A stretch of 64,000 bases of DNA from the IMG/VR virus record IMGVR_UViG_3300012979_001162, positions 32,001 through 96,000 of that record; one strand, 5' to 3'. Position numbers and translations under genes: made by a program. The stretch is from a virus (lineage: Duplodnaviria > Caudoviricetes). The notes under the pieces are model-generated. The model searched no databases. It had not been told where the DNA came from and saw nothing but the letters and a program-made list of their open reading frames with translations. Of this stretch, positions 9,230-19,159 are shown piece after piece. Each line of letters opens with the position of its first letter. The first letter of the stretch is position 1.

Positions 9230-9535
9230 TTAAAGAATCGAATTCCAGAACTTGGAACTAAACAAACTAAGTATGTCATCGTCGGACGTATAAGAGTAAA
9301 TTCCATAATCATTCATATATGCCTTAAGAAGGTATATGCATTTTTCAAGCGCTTCATCGACTTCCTTCTTACGAGCATTCTTTTCCGTAGCACGAAGTTC
9401 TTTAAGTCTGTTTTTTTCTTCAATTCGCTTCTGCGCTTCACAGCTTAAAATGCAATGAGCGAGGTCTGACGGTGCCGAATATTCTTCATTGCAATAAGGA
9501 CAAGTGTAAAATGTATTTATATCTTTCATATTCAT
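9230..9535 (-). CDS. Hypothetical protein with CxxC...HxxxC Zn finger
   Basis: Start reassigned to MNMKD after GAAAGGA RBS. Confidence 0.6.
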   Translation of the reverse strand: MNMKDINTFYTCPYCNEEYSAPSDLAHCILSCEAQKRIEEKNRLKELRATEKNARKKEVDEALEKCIYLLKAYMNDYGIYSYTSDDDILSLFSSKFWNSIL

Positions 9536-9561
9536 TTTCCTTTCAATCATTTTGTATTGTT

Positions 9562-9777
9562 TTAATCTTTGGTAATGGTTGCCACGAAGCGTCCACAATG
9601 ACATTCATAAACTCCGGGAACGTTGCTATTAATTATCTCTCTAAAGCTTTCGCACATGCATTTATCTTTCTGTGGGTCAGAACGAATACTACAAGGGCAA
9701 ATGTGGTTATTTTCTTCGAGTTGTTTTAAAATTTCTGTCAGCAACTCTCTATCTTCCGTTTGTTTAATCTTAACCAT
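9562..9777 (-). CDS. Ferredoxin:thioredoxin/disulfide reductase catalytic-subunit-like protein
   Basis: CPC...CMC...CHC cysteine triplets in 71 aa. Confidence 0.8.
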   Translation of the reverse strand: MVKIKQTEDRELLTEILKQLEENNHICPCSIRSDPQKDKCMCESFREIINSNVPGVYECHCGRFVATITKD

Positions 9778-10238
9778 CAGTAATCCAATCCTTTCTTGTA
9801 AATATTCTGATTCGATGTAGCAAGAGTAATACCATACTGAACATTACTATCAGTGCATTTTTCGGGTTCATATCGACCACATTTCAAATAATCGCAACGA
9901 TCTTTAACTATTAATGGTACTTCGTTTAAATCATAGCGTGTAAAAATCCAAATTTTTTTATTAAATTGTTGTAAATAATCCAACAACTCAATTAACGATG
10001 CCATATTTTGATCTAATGGTTCGCCACCAAAAATCATAATATTATCAATCAATTCATCAAAAGATTGGATCTTGCTTTTTAAGAAAAGCAAATATTTATT
10101 ATCCAGCCTATCTCCAAGATTAAAATCCCAAGATTCTGGGTTGTGACACCCTTTGCAATGTGGCGAGCCATTGCAACCCGCCACATATATTTCGAACGCT
10201 TTATGTTTCAGTGTATACTGAGTACCTAAAATATTCAC
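9777..10238 (-). CDS. nrdG: Anaerobic RNR activating radical SAM enzyme
   Basis: GC...HCKGCHNPESWDF, GGEPL, SNQ. Confidence 0.92.
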   Translation of the reverse strand: MNILGTQYTLKHKAFEIYVAGCNGSPHCKGCHNPESWDFNLGDRLDNKYLLFLKSKIQSFDELIDNIMIFGGEPLDQNMASLIELLDYLQQFNKKIWIFTRYDLNEVPLIVKDRCDYLKCGRYEPEKCTDSNVQYGITLATSNQNIYKKGLDY

Positions 10239-12148
10239 ACTTTCAACTCCTTAGACTTATAGAACTTTCTATGAGGATAATCCGCTTTTCTTCTAACTTT
10301 ATTCCAGTGCTTGACATTGGTTAGGAAACCAACTACTCGTGTATATTCCTCGATAATAGGCTTTCCACAAATTGAGCATACGCCATCAGTACCAACCGAC
10401 ATATGTCCGGCTTCACACAACTGAAGTACATAATTAATTGCGTGGTAAATAACGCCTTTCTTCGCGGTCACTCTAATTAAATCCATAAGGTCATGATAAT
10501 CTTCGATACGAGTATCGCAGTTCAAATGAAGTATGCTGCCGCCCGAGAAGTATTTATCAAGAGCCCCCTGAATATCAATTCTATCAAGCAAATCTGCACT
10601 CGCAATAAGGGGCACAAACTGATTAGAGTAAAGGTCATATTCATTCTGATACTTCATAATCTTGTCTTTTTCTGCAAACTTTACACTCAAAGACTCGCCC
10701 GGCACTTGCTCACAATTGTGGGGTGCTCCATACTGCTTTTCATATTTTGCATTTTCTGTATTAATGACATTGATTATACGAAGAGCAAAGTCTCTACCTT
10801 CTTCCGTAGTAATATCATATCCCATTTGCTCTAAACTTTCGTACAATGCGTTAACTCCACAGGTAGAATACTGCTTCGACAAATCCATAAATTCGTGCGT
10901 ATATAGGGGCTCATTACCGTTTTTGATACGCTTCTCTACAATCTTCCTCTTTGCGTTGTTGACTCTAGCACATACACCAACGAGACACTTGAGATCTTCG
11001 AAATATCCTTCTTCATCGCCTTTATGTTTAAATGCAAGTCTGGCAAAATTGATAGAGCATACACCAAGGCTACCAATCTTACTAGAACCAGAACCAAACG
11101 AATTGAAGTACTCAGACTTTTGCTCAGATCTAAGTCTACAACACGAGCTAAGCGTCGAACTATCACCACAATAAATATTGATAAATCCGAACTCAAGATT
11201 CTTCTTTGCAATCATCTCAAGAAATGCTTCATCTTTGATGTTCTTATCTTCATCTATGCTGAAGCACGCCGTAGTAACAGGGAATGTAAGAGGCACTCCT
11301 CTTCTGAGCTCTGCATTCATAATATCAAGATAAATTTCCTGAAGTCTCTGAATAATCTCCTTGTTGGGAGAAGAGCCGTCGGGGAAGATGTAGTCGTCGC
11401 AAAGCTTGTCGAGGAAGTAGTTGTCATACACAGATACATTGGTGAAGGGGCTTTGGTTGGCCCTTAAATCAAAGTTAACACTATATATAAAGCTGTCGAG
11501 CATCTCTTTTACATATGTCCAACAATCCTCTTCTGATGCAAACTTAAAATGCGCGTCAGACTTGGTTTCCAAAATATTAGAAACATAGTATGACATTGTA
11601 ACGAGCAAATCTGCGAGTCCAGTTGCTCCAAGTGTAGAGTTAGATGCGATGATAACAAACTGCTCCAACTGGGATTTAAATGCATGCAAGTACTTGGGAG
11701 GTTTACTCTTGACTTTGCTCGCCATACACAATCCCTTCATTAAAATGTCATAAGTTGAATAGTTAAAACAATACGGCTTTCCGGCTGCAATACCGTGCAT
11801 ATCGTGAGTATAAATATCTCCGCAGAGATTTGCTTCTACGGTCATATTCGCCACGGAAAGACCGTATAATCTCTTCATTTCCTTCCAAAGCACATAGTAA
11901 CTATTAAGTCTCTGAAAAGGCTTAGGCAATTCTACATCGTATGCCACAACGCTATTACTGGAAACATTAGCATTAGCATCAACGCTTGCGTCTGCCGTTA
12001 CCTTGGAAGCAAAAAAGTTTCTACTAAACTCAGACATATCCATCTGTTTTCCAATACCATCTAAATCAAATAAGGCATCAGGATATTTTGCCTTTAGATG
12101 CATATAAAGATCGTCAAATTCTTGATCATAAGTTGTCTTAAAATACAT
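10235..12148 (-). CDS. nrdD: Class III ribonucleotide reductase, no ATP cone
   Basis: Start MYFKT after AGGAG; QSPFTN, FPVTT, SSCCRL, GGSI, CEAGH...CSICG, RVVGF glycyl-radical motif. Confidence 0.95.
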   Translation of the reverse strand: MYFKTTYDQEFDDLYMHLKAKYPDALFDLDGIGKQMDMSEFSRNFFASKVTADASVDANANVSSNSVVAYDVELPKPFQRLNSYYVLWKEMKRLYGLSVANMTVEANLCGDIYTHDMHGIAAGKPYCFNYSTYDILMKGLCMASKVKSKPPKYLHAFKSQLEQFVIIASNSTLGATGLADLLVTMSYYVSNILETKSDAHFKFASEEDCWTYVKEMLDSFIYSVNFDLRANQSPFTNVSVYDNYFLDKLCDDYIFPDGSSPNKEIIQRLQEIYLDIMNAELRRGVPLTFPVTTACFSIDEDKNIKDEAFLEMIAKKNLEFGFINIYCGDSSTLSSCCRLRSEQKSEYFNSFGSGSSKIGSLGVCSINFARLAFKHKGDEEGYFEDLKCLVGVCARVNNAKRKIVEKRIKNGNEPLYTHEFMDLSKQYSTCGVNALYESLEQMGYDITTEEGRDFALRIINVINTENAKYEKQYGAPHNCEQVPGESLSVKFAEKDKIMKYQNEYDLYSNQFVPLIASADLLDRIDIQGALDKYFSGGSILHLNCDTRIEDYHDLMDLIRVTAKKGVIYHAINYVLQLCEAGHMSVGTDGVCSICGKPIIEEYTRVVGFLTNVKHWNKVRRKADYPHRKFYKSKELKV

Positions 12149-12149
12149 A

Positions 12150-12368
12150 TTACTGCTCCTTAATCCATTCTTGAAGTTGTTTTGTGTCGTAACATACACC
12201 GTCGATAATTGCAAACGGTGCTGATTTAATATTGTTTTCTTCTGCTACGGACATTACTGTGTCTTTATTGTCAATTACTTCAAAGTCAATCTTCTTTTTG
12301 TCCATCAACATTTGAAGTACCTTACATTTTGGACAGTGGATAGTGTAGTACTTAATTACTTTTCCCAT
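12150..12368 (-). CDS. Glutaredoxin/NrdH-like redoxin
   Basis: CPKC active site, SAP cis-Pro motif, 72 aa. Confidence 0.85.
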   Translation of the reverse strand: MGKVIKYYTIHCPKCKVLQMLMDKKKIDFEVIDNKDTVMSVAEENNIKSAPFAIIDGVCYDTKQLQEWIKEQ

Positions 12369-12925
12369 TCTCTCTCTTTCCTTTCAATTGTATTTATTAC
12401 ATTATTTAATTCGCCCCAATGATGGAGACGGTAAATACTATAGACATAATCAGCATCATTATCTATGTTCCAGAGTTGACTAAAACATACTCTGTCTGCA
12501 AATGTGCTTTTCAGATTGTCCAATTTGTCATCTATTAATATATCCATATTGAGCAATGATTTATTATGAATTCTGATTAAATTCTGCTTTGGAATAAATG
12601 GAAAATATTTCTGCAACAGTTCTTCCTTCCATTCCATATTTCTTGCATCTGTCGATGTTGCCACATACACCTCATGTCCTTGCTCAACGAGAGTTTTAAC
12701 GGCTCTAACGGCACCCTTGTATGGTTGCAGACAAGAGTACGTTTCTTTGTCTACGAACAATTCAAGTAATTCATCAGCAACCTCTACAGGAAGACTGTCG
12801 TGCAAGTTGTATGTGGTTATTTGCGATAATTCGAGGTTTGTGTCGTGTTTTTGATTGTAAAGTTCAATAACCTTAGTAAGGGTTGGAAATAAAGTTTCAT
12901 CAAAGTCGATTGCTATTTTAAACAT
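12356..12925 (-). CDS. 5'(3')-deoxyribonucleotidase, HAD family
   Basis: IAIDFDETL motif I, ATS, K, LIDD motif IV. Confidence 0.88.
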   Translation of the reverse strand: MFKIAIDFDETLFPTLTKVIELYNQKHDTNLELSQITTYNLHDSLPVEVADELLELFVDKETYSCLQPYKGAVRAVKTLVEQGHEVYVATSTDARNMEWKEELLQKYFPFIPKQNLIRIHNKSLLNMDILIDDKLDNLKSTFADRVCFSQLWNIDNDADYVYSIYRLHHWGELNNVINTIERKEREWEK

Positions 12926-13502
12926 TTGACATCTCCTCTCGATCATTCTTCCACGCACCTTCTACGGTCGAAATCCACCTCAACACTGAATAAGCCTTTG
13001 CAACATCAATATTCGATATTGCATAATCAAAATCTGCATTTCTTAACATTTCGCGAAACTGACTGCGTTCATCCATATCCCTCTTCATAAAGGTAAGTCT
13101 ATCGTCGCCACGCTTGTTGAGCGCTCTATCTTTGCGGATTTCATCCGGTGTATTAACATATATGGTTACGAGCCTCAGATTTGGTAAATCGAGTTCTCTC
13201 AAATGTTGTACTCCTATAGGATCTATAACATACACATCGTTTTCGTATAATTGCTCAATGGTGCAACAATACCTATACGGTCCAATTTGTGTAAATGCGG
13301 CAATACGACCAGAGTCTTCAAGTACTTGATATTCCTCATTGGAAACGAAGATATGCGTATCGCCCTCATTTGTTCGGCGTGGGCGCGTTGTGTAACTAAT
13401 CAACTGCTTAAGCCCAGTTCGATTAGTTAATTTATTGACCAATGTGTCTTTGCCTGATGCTGTACGCCCCATAATTAATAACAGTGTATGTTCTTTATTC
13501 AT
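12918..13502 (-). CDS. gmk: Guanylate kinase
   Basis: GRTASGKDT P-loop, SYTTRPRR. Confidence 0.88.
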   Translation of the reverse strand: MNKEHTLLLIMGRTASGKDTLVNKLTNRTGLKQLISYTTRPRRTNEGDTHIFVSNEEYQVLEDSGRIAAFTQIGPYRYCCTIEQLYENDVYVIDPIGVQHLRELDLPNLRLVTIYVNTPDEIRKDRALNKRGDDRLTFMKRDMDERSQFREMLRNADFDYAISNIDVAKAYSVLRWISTVEGAWKNDREEMSNV

Positions 13503-14262
13503 CTATATTCACCTCTATTCCATACTGCTGATATAAATGTTTTTGTGGTGCAAGCTCACCATAATATAGAACTTCTGCCGCAAGTCTCGCTTTAATGGCA
13601 TCATCCTTATTATTGAAACACCCAAGGTTAATCATCTTGTTGTCAACACCAATTCTCGCACACCATTTTTCTATTCCTTTATGCCAACCAACACCAGAAA
13701 CACCAGATGTATTATTTTTATGTCTGGATTGATTTTTCATATTCTCTAACGAGGTTGCTTTGCGTAAATTTGATTTGCGATTATCCAAAGGATTTCTGTT
13801 AATGTGGTCATGGTATGTACCAACAATTAAATAATGCATTGATATCATTCGCTTTGCTTCAATATCTTTGGCTCGCAAAGCATGATACCCAGACGAAGAA
13901 ACATATTCACTCCAACAATAATCCTTAATAATGTCGTAGTCCTCTAAGTCAAAATAAAATGGAGTCTTTGTGTTGTGACAATATCCTATTCCATATTCGC
14001 CACTTAAATCATATTTATTTGTTTCGCGACGTCTTTTGCCGTTTTTAGTTGAAATTTCAATCATAAGACATCCACAAGAATTTGTCCTACCTCTTTTTAA
14101 GTCATTTTGCATAACAACAAACTCATTATCTGGTGTACAACTACAAAACACATACCATCTGGCATAACGTTTCCCAGAGTTGCTTATGTAATCTTCTGCT
14201 TGCCGAACCACTTTTAACCTTCCAAATTCTCTTCCGGTCAAATCTTCTTTCACCTTAACCAT
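13495..14262 (-). CDS. HNH-AP2 homing endonuclease
   Basis: DLTGREFGRL, SCGC, DHINRNPLDNRKSNLR, NTSGVSGV...LGCF...AIKAR. Confidence 0.88.
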   Translation of the reverse strand: MVKVKEDLTGREFGRLKVVRQAEDYISNSGKRYARWYVFCSCTPDNEFVVMQNDLKRGRTNSCGCLMIEISTKNGKRRRETNKYDLSGEYGIGYCHNTKTPFYFDLEDYDIIKDYCWSEYVSSSGYHALRAKDIEAKRMISMHYLIVGTYHDHINRNPLDNRKSNLRKATSLENMKNQSRHKNNTSGVSGVGWHKGIEKWCARIGVDNKMINLGCFNNKDDAIKARLAAEVLYYGELAPQKHLYQQYGIEVNIDE

Positions 14263-14914
14263 CTTCTTCCTCCAAACACATTTCCTTAAAATAAGGAAGA
14301 GTTTCGATCCATGCACAGTAGTCGTGCCACTCCTTAAGTTTATGGTGTTTTCTTGCATGATACTGATTGAGAAATGTTTCGTAGTTAAGTGTTACAGTAC
14401 GAAGTTGGTTGTAACTACTCGGAAGGGTTTGAATCATTCTCCACCAATATTTTTTGTCTTTAGTTTCGAGGAACTTTTCTCTACTCTCATTCAAATAATC
14501 CAGTGTGTCATAAAAGCAATCCGGGATGTCGCAGTTCAACTGGTCTATTGAAAAATCAGATAGATAAAAAGGCTTGGCGTGTATCTTGTGCATAGTTGAA
14601 CAAGAATTGGAGACAGTCGCTACTTTGTAAGTATCAAATTCCTTCCACCAATAAAGCGGAGCCGTGATATCTACACTCACAAAAATCTGCCTCAGGAACT
14701 TTCTATGGTCGCTTCCAGCTTTTACAAGTTTTCTCGCAAGAGCAAGGTCGTTAGGACCAAGAACGAACTTAACCTCATCATTAGGATTGATGATGCTCGG
14801 ATCTTCGACAAACTCCCAATCGCTATCCATTCTATCCCAACTATTCATAGGATTACGAGCGCCACGAATAGCATTGTCCATGTTCATTACGCTAGTTCTG
14901 TCAAGTTTAATCAT
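14255..14914 (-). CDS. ThyX-like (thymidylate synthase complementing fold) phage protein
   Basis: DHRKFLRQI...APLYWWKEFDTYK...SCSTMH...LPSSYNQ...RKHHKLKEW; located in nucleotide block. Confidence 0.55.
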   Translation of the reverse strand: MIKLDRTSVMNMDNAIRGARNPMNSWDRMDSDWEFVEDPSIINPNDEVKFVLGPNDLALARKLVKAGSDHRKFLRQIFVSVDITAPLYWWKEFDTYKVATVSNSCSTMHKIHAKPFYLSDFSIDQLNCDIPDCFYDTLDYLNESREKFLETKDKKYWWRMIQTLPSSYNQLRTVTLNYETFLNQYHARKHHKLKEWHDYCAWIETLPYFKEMCLEEEDG

Positions 14915-14915
14915 T

Positions 14916-15068
14916 TCAGACCTCCACCTTTACCAACCCATATTGCTCACAGATGCATTCTACACTACAAAATATTCTGCCCTCTGAATCAACATAATAC
15001 TCTTTGTCTTCGTTTGTTATTGGATTGCCACAACATTCGCAGGTGCCAAAGTTTCTAATCTCATCCAT
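14916..15068 (-). CDS. Small Zn-finger protein
   Basis: CECC...FCSVEC; start MDEIR. Confidence 0.55.
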   Translation of the reverse strand: MDEIRNFGTCECCGNPITNEDKEYYVDSEGRIFCSVECICEQYGLVKVEV

Positions 15069-15402
15069 TGTTACCGTCTCCTTCCATGTAGAATTTCTTT
15101 TTCTCATAAAGGATGCCATTAACAGGATTATCGTCAATTGCATCCTGGGGAAGAAGTCGTTGTGTTCTTGGCAAATCTTTGTATGCCTCCGACATTACAT
15201 CGTCCCACTGTTGCTTTGTTAATTCACAGATCGTCCTATCGCCATATACAGGCACACAATAAGGCAGGAAGGCGTGATCTTGGTAGTTAAAGTCGTACTT
15301 ACGCTTTCTAATACGTTCAATAAGAGCCTTTCTTCTATCTTCTGTAAAAGTTACTCTCTGACAATAACCTGAATAGCAACTGGTCCATCCTATAACTGTC
15401 AT
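15061..15402 (-). CDS. Hypothetical protein
   Basis: ORF coupled to neighbours, GAGG RBS. Confidence 0.6.
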   Translation of the reverse strand: MTVIGWTSCYSGYCQRVTFTEDRRKALIERIRKRKYDFNYQDHAFLPYCVPVYGDRTICELTKQQWDDVMSEAYKDLPRTQRLLPQDAIDDNPVNGILYEKKKFYMEGDGNNG

Positions 15403-15704
15403 ACCTCATCACCTTCCGTCGCTTCTTTCAAATCATTTTGTTGTGTTTCTTGTTGCTTCAACTGCACAGATACAATCTCGACAACTCTCTTAATCGCTCT
15501 CTGATAATCACGCAAACTAGACTGAGAGCCCTTCTTAAGATTTTTCTCAATTGCCCCATAGACTGCTGCGGCAATAAAGGTGGCACCCACTTTCATTCCT
15601 GAAGTTCTTGTGCTTTCAAACCACTTTTCAATCACCTTGCGCAGCTCTTCTTCGGATGCGTTCTGAATTTCAGAGACCACCTCTGTCATTTTTGTTTCTT
15701 CCAT
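15399..15704 (-). CDS. Hypothetical protein
   Basis: First ORF after promoter at 15732-15812. Confidence 0.6.
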   Translation of the reverse strand: MEETKMTEVVSEIQNASEEELRKVIEKWFESTRTSGMKVGATFIAAAVYGAIEKNLKKGSQSSLRDYQRAIKRVVEIVSVQLKQQETQQNDLKEATEGDEV

Positions 15705-15731
15705 AATACATTCCTCTCTATGTTATTGTAC

Positions 15732-15812
15732 AATCATTTTGTACTGTAACTATTATATCACTTTATTAAAAATTGTCAACATACGTTTCTGTTAGTTTAC
15801 AATTTATTTACA
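15732..15812 (-). promoter_or_regulatory. Modular promoter: TGTAAA-N5-TGTAAA, 16 bp, TTGACA-17-TATAAT, operator motif
   Basis: Repeat 15796-15812; ACAGTACAAAATGATT 15732-15747. Confidence 0.8.
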
Positions 15813-15813
15813 A

Positions 15814-16242
15814 TTATCTAGGAATTGAACACTCCCAATACTTCTTGGTTACATAGACATCATATTCGTCTTCGTACTTAAACACAACTACTATGGTGTT
15901 TCCGGAGCCTGTCAAATAGTGACCATAATCTTCTGTATCACTCTCTGCCACACGCAATCTCTCCCTAACCCACTCTTGGATTTTTGCATTGTCTATATCT
16001 ATTGCATTGTCACTTGGAGGCATAAAGTGGAGAGGAAATTCAATATTACTAGAATTTAAATCGATCCCCTCAGGTTCATCTACAAAGACCTTTGTTCCAC
16101 AATTGGGACAGATAAGTTCTCTGCCACCGAAAACGCCGATATAAGTATCACCCTTTTCGTATTCAAGAAGTGTTCCACATTCGTTGCATCTTGCTCTGTA
16201 AATCTTGGGTAACTCCTCGTTCTCTTTAATTACTCTTATCAT
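15814..16242 (-). CDS. Hypothetical Zn-ribbon protein
   Basis: CNECG...CPNCG; GGAGG RBS. Confidence 0.6.
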   Translation of the reverse strand: MIRVIKENEELPKIYRARCNECGTLLEYEKGDTYIGVFGGRELICPNCGTKVFVDEPEGIDLNSSNIEFPLHFMPPSDNAIDIDNAKIQEWVRERLRVAESDTEDYGHYLTGSGNTIVVVFKYEDEYDVYVTKKYWECSIPR

Positions 16243-16388
16243 ACATTTTCCTCCATAAGTGTTTTAAGTTCTTTGAGAATATTCTCGTAGCTTCCTCTTG
16301 AAGATATCTACTTGCCGTTAAGATACAAGTCATAACCTCTATCTTCGCACAATTTGATAGTAAAATCGTGTACTGTTTTGTTTGCCAT
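16239..16388 (-). pseudogene. Small gene with in-frame TAG at codon 27
   Basis: MANKTVHDFTIKLCEDRGYDLYLNGK*ISSRGSYENILKELKTLMEENV; GGAGGAG RBS and ATGA overlap with next gene. Confidence 0.55.
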
Positions 16389-16391
16389 TGT

Positions 16392-18356
16392 TTACTCCTC
16401 CAACATTTTCATTAATTCATCTTCATATACAACCTTGACACCAAGACTCTGTGCTTTGGTAAGTTTAGACCCAGCCTTTTCACCACAGAAGAGCACATCG
16501 AGATTTTTGCTTACGCTACTTACAAACTTAGCACCCTTGGCCTCAAGTTTTTCTTTGAGTACATCTCTGCTCTGTGAGAAACTTCCGGTAATACAGAATT
16601 TCAAACCATTGAGAGGATTATCTACAACCTCTACCTTAGTCTGCACAACAAATCTCATCTCGGCAGCCAAATCAACGATTTCTGCCTCATTTTCCGTTAA
16701 GTACTTAGTGATTTCTGCAGAAGTTTTATCGCCAACACCTTCTAATTCACACCAATTATAGCCATCCTCAAATGCCTTATAAAACGCATTAAAATCACCG
16801 TTGAATGCATCTGCAAGAGTTTTAGATGCAGACTTGCCTACGCCATCTATACCGAGTGCAGTAATGAAATTTTCTAGCTTAACATCCCTTGAATTTTCAA
16901 TGGATTTTAGCAGAGTACTTACGGATTTTTCGCCCATACCTTCTAACCTAGTAAGTGATTGTTTGTGTTCGTTAAGGTGATAAATATCCTTATAAGTGTG
17001 CAGAAAATCGTGTGAAATTAGAGTTTCTAGCGTCTTCTCTGAGAGTCCTCGAATATCCATACAATTTTTGCTTACAAAATGAGTAAATTTAGCAAGGCTT
17101 CTAGAGGGACAGTGTTCGTTGGGGCAATACAATACGTTAGCCGTTCCGGTATTCTTGATAATAAGCTCCGTGCCACAGGAAGGGCATTTATCAATGATTG
17201 GTAGCTGATAATTCTCAGAGTTATAATCCAAATTAACCTCGATGGCAGGAATAACCATATTTCGTTTACTGCAACAAATTCGATCTCCAATTCTTAATTT
17301 TAAATTATTGATATAGTCCAAATTGTGTAGTGTGGCACGAGAAACCTGTGAATCTAAAATAGATATTGCGTCGAACAAACCAGTAGGCGTAACAATTCCG
17401 TTTCGCGATGTATTCCACTCTATCCCTCTAAATACCGTCTCAACTAAATCATCCTGTTCCTTCTTTGCGAGACCATAGTTATAGTGATGACTTGTTCTGC
17501 CAAGCGACATGCCATACGCATAGTCGTCATAACGAATAACGACTCCATCGCACGGAATACCATTATCATCTGCATATTTGTGAACCATACTGATAATGTC
17601 TGGGGTTTCCTCCATCCCCATATTACCAGTCTTTATGCGATAGATTACCTCGAACCCAAGACTTTCAAGAATGTTAAATCTTTCATTTAACGAATTAATA
17701 TCATCCATTCCTTCTATAACATCGAAGGCCATAAAATGTATATGTCTTTTTGCACACTCGCTACTATCAAGAAGTGAAAGACTTCCACTTGCTAGATTTC
17801 TACAATTAGCATATTTATCTTCTTCCGGCAAAGATGCGTTAATTTTATCAAGTTCATCTTTTAGTATAACGCTCTCTCCAACAACAGTAAAATCTTTGCC
17901 ATAATTAACTTTTAACGGAATATTAAAAGTTTTTGCATTATGGGTGATTAGGCTACCCTCAACTCCATTGCCACGAGTTGATGCTTCAATAAGCTCCGCC
18001 GTTACGCCGTCATATGATTTATAGATCAACTTGGTTGTCAATCCATCGCCTTTAATCATAAATAAAACATCTTTATCACCCGTAAACTTTACAACGTCTT
18101 CTACGGATTTCGTTTTTGCCAAACTCAATAAAGGAATGTTGTGTTGTACCTTAGGTAATGTATCTACCACCTCGTATCCAACAGATTGCGTTGGTGAATT
18201 GGCAAAATAACAATTCGTTTCTTTTTCGAGTTCTGCCAACTCATCAAAATATCGATCATATACATCGTCTGTAACCAATGGCTGGTGATTATAATAAGCA
18301 TCTCTGTATTGATTACATAATTCAATTAATTCTTTTATCTTCTTTATCTGCTTCAT
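16392..18356 (-). CDS. ligA: NAD-dependent DNA ligase
   Basis: Start MKQIKK; YY...D..YD, LLSLAK, KGDG, TRGNG, DGVVI, ATLHN, Zn finger, HhH, BRCT. Confidence 0.95.
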   Translation of the reverse strand: MKQIKKIKELIELCNQYRDAYYNHQPLVTDDVYDRYFDELAELEKETNCYFANSPTQSVGYEVVDTLPKVQHNIPLLSLAKTKSVEDVVKFTGDKDVLFMIKGDGLTTKLIYKSYDGVTAELIEASTRGNGVEGSLITHNAKTFNIPLKVNYGKDFTVVGESVILKDELDKINASLPEEDKYANCRNLASGSLSLLDSSECAKRHIHFMAFDVIEGMDDINSLNERFNILESLGFEVIYRIKTGNMGMEETPDIISMVHKYADDNGIPCDGVVIRYDDYAYGMSLGRTSHHYNYGLAKKEQDDLVETVFRGIEWNTSRNGIVTPTGLFDAISILDSQVSRATLHNLDYINNLKLRIGDRICCSKRNMVIPAIEVNLDYNSENYQLPIIDKCPSCGTELIIKNTGTANVLYCPNEHCPSRSLAKFTHFVSKNCMDIRGLSEKTLETLISHDFLHTYKDIYHLNEHKQSLTRLEGMGEKSVSTLLKSIENSRDVKLENFITALGIDGVGKSASKTLADAFNGDFNAFYKAFEDGYNWCELEGVGDKTSAEITKYLTENEAEIVDLAAEMRFVVQTKVEVVDNPLNGLKFCITGSFSQSRDVLKEKLEAKGAKFVSSVSKNLDVLFCGEKAGSKLTKAQSLGVKVVYEDELMKMLEE

Positions 18357-19080
18357 CTTCTTTGTACCTCCAAATAAATCCCCCAGAACTTTGTGATCCT
18401 CCACGACAACATCTGGTAATTCCGGTATAGCAAATACCTAAAGCGATTGAGGCATCCTTAGCACATTCCCACGCCTTGATAAAATTTCCGTCCATATCAT
18501 ATTGGAAAGCTATTCTTGCCCTAGGATTTTCTGAGCCAATATTCTGGTCTTTGTGAATGTTTGACATATGTTGTCTATATTCTTCGTTCTTCCATCTATC
18601 TTTTGCCAAATCGCTTAGTAGTTGCTTTGTTTCCTCTGAATGTTCTTTATTGAAGAATGGATTGTTTTCTCCTGCCAATTTGTGATTTCCATAATTGGGG
18701 TTCTTGCTTCCTATATATGTTTTGGCATGTTCGCTTCTGCGCATTCTTTCAGTATCACTTATAGGTATCCCCTCGGCTCCACCCTCTCCACCAGAAGAAA
18801 TGTTATAGCCATATAATTTGTTGTTTGATTTGTAATAAGCAATCAATTCCTTTTCTTTGTTTGCCGCCTCTTCTTTTGGTAAGGCGGTAAACACTATTTC
18901 ATGTTCAAAATTATCCCAACCATATTTTTGAATTGCACTGTTGAAATATTGATTATTTTTATATCCATTACCCTTATGCCATCGTTTTTCTGGTGGTTCT
19001 TGGCATGTCATCCCAATATATACTTTTCCACTTGGGCTGGTGTGCTTGTATACACAATAAAGTTTTTCTTCATTTCCCAT
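18322..19080 (-). CDS. GIY-YIG homing endonuclease with NUMOD3/NUMOD1-like domains
   Basis: CVYKHTSPSGKVYIG, GYNISSGG, NPFFNKEHSEETK, QYDMDGNFIK. Confidence 0.88.
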   Translation of the reverse strand: MGNEEKLYCVYKHTSPSGKVYIGMTCQEPPEKRWHKGNGYKNNQYFNSAIQKYGWDNFEHEIVFTALPKEEAANKEKELIAYYKSNNKLYGYNISSGGEGGAEGIPISDTERMRRSEHAKTYIGSKNPNYGNHKLAGENNPFFNKEHSEETKQLLSDLAKDRWKNEEYRQHMSNIHKDQNIGSENPRARIAFQYDMDGNFIKAWECAKDASIALGICYTGITRCCRGGSQSSGGFIWRYKEDEADKEDKRIN

Positions 19081-19159
19081 AAATCCTTTATAAATAATTT
19101 CTTCTTTTGTAGAATTTTTTACATTATTTATTAAACCTCCTTAATCATTCTGTACTGTA

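Noticed and set aside
16392-19080. Group I intron or intein in ligA, dnaE or nrdD
   Set aside because: All three ORFs are continuous and of normal length; the GIY-YIG genes only overlap their starts. The ORF-track ligase start at 18404 is an over-extension (start at 18356 is more likely)
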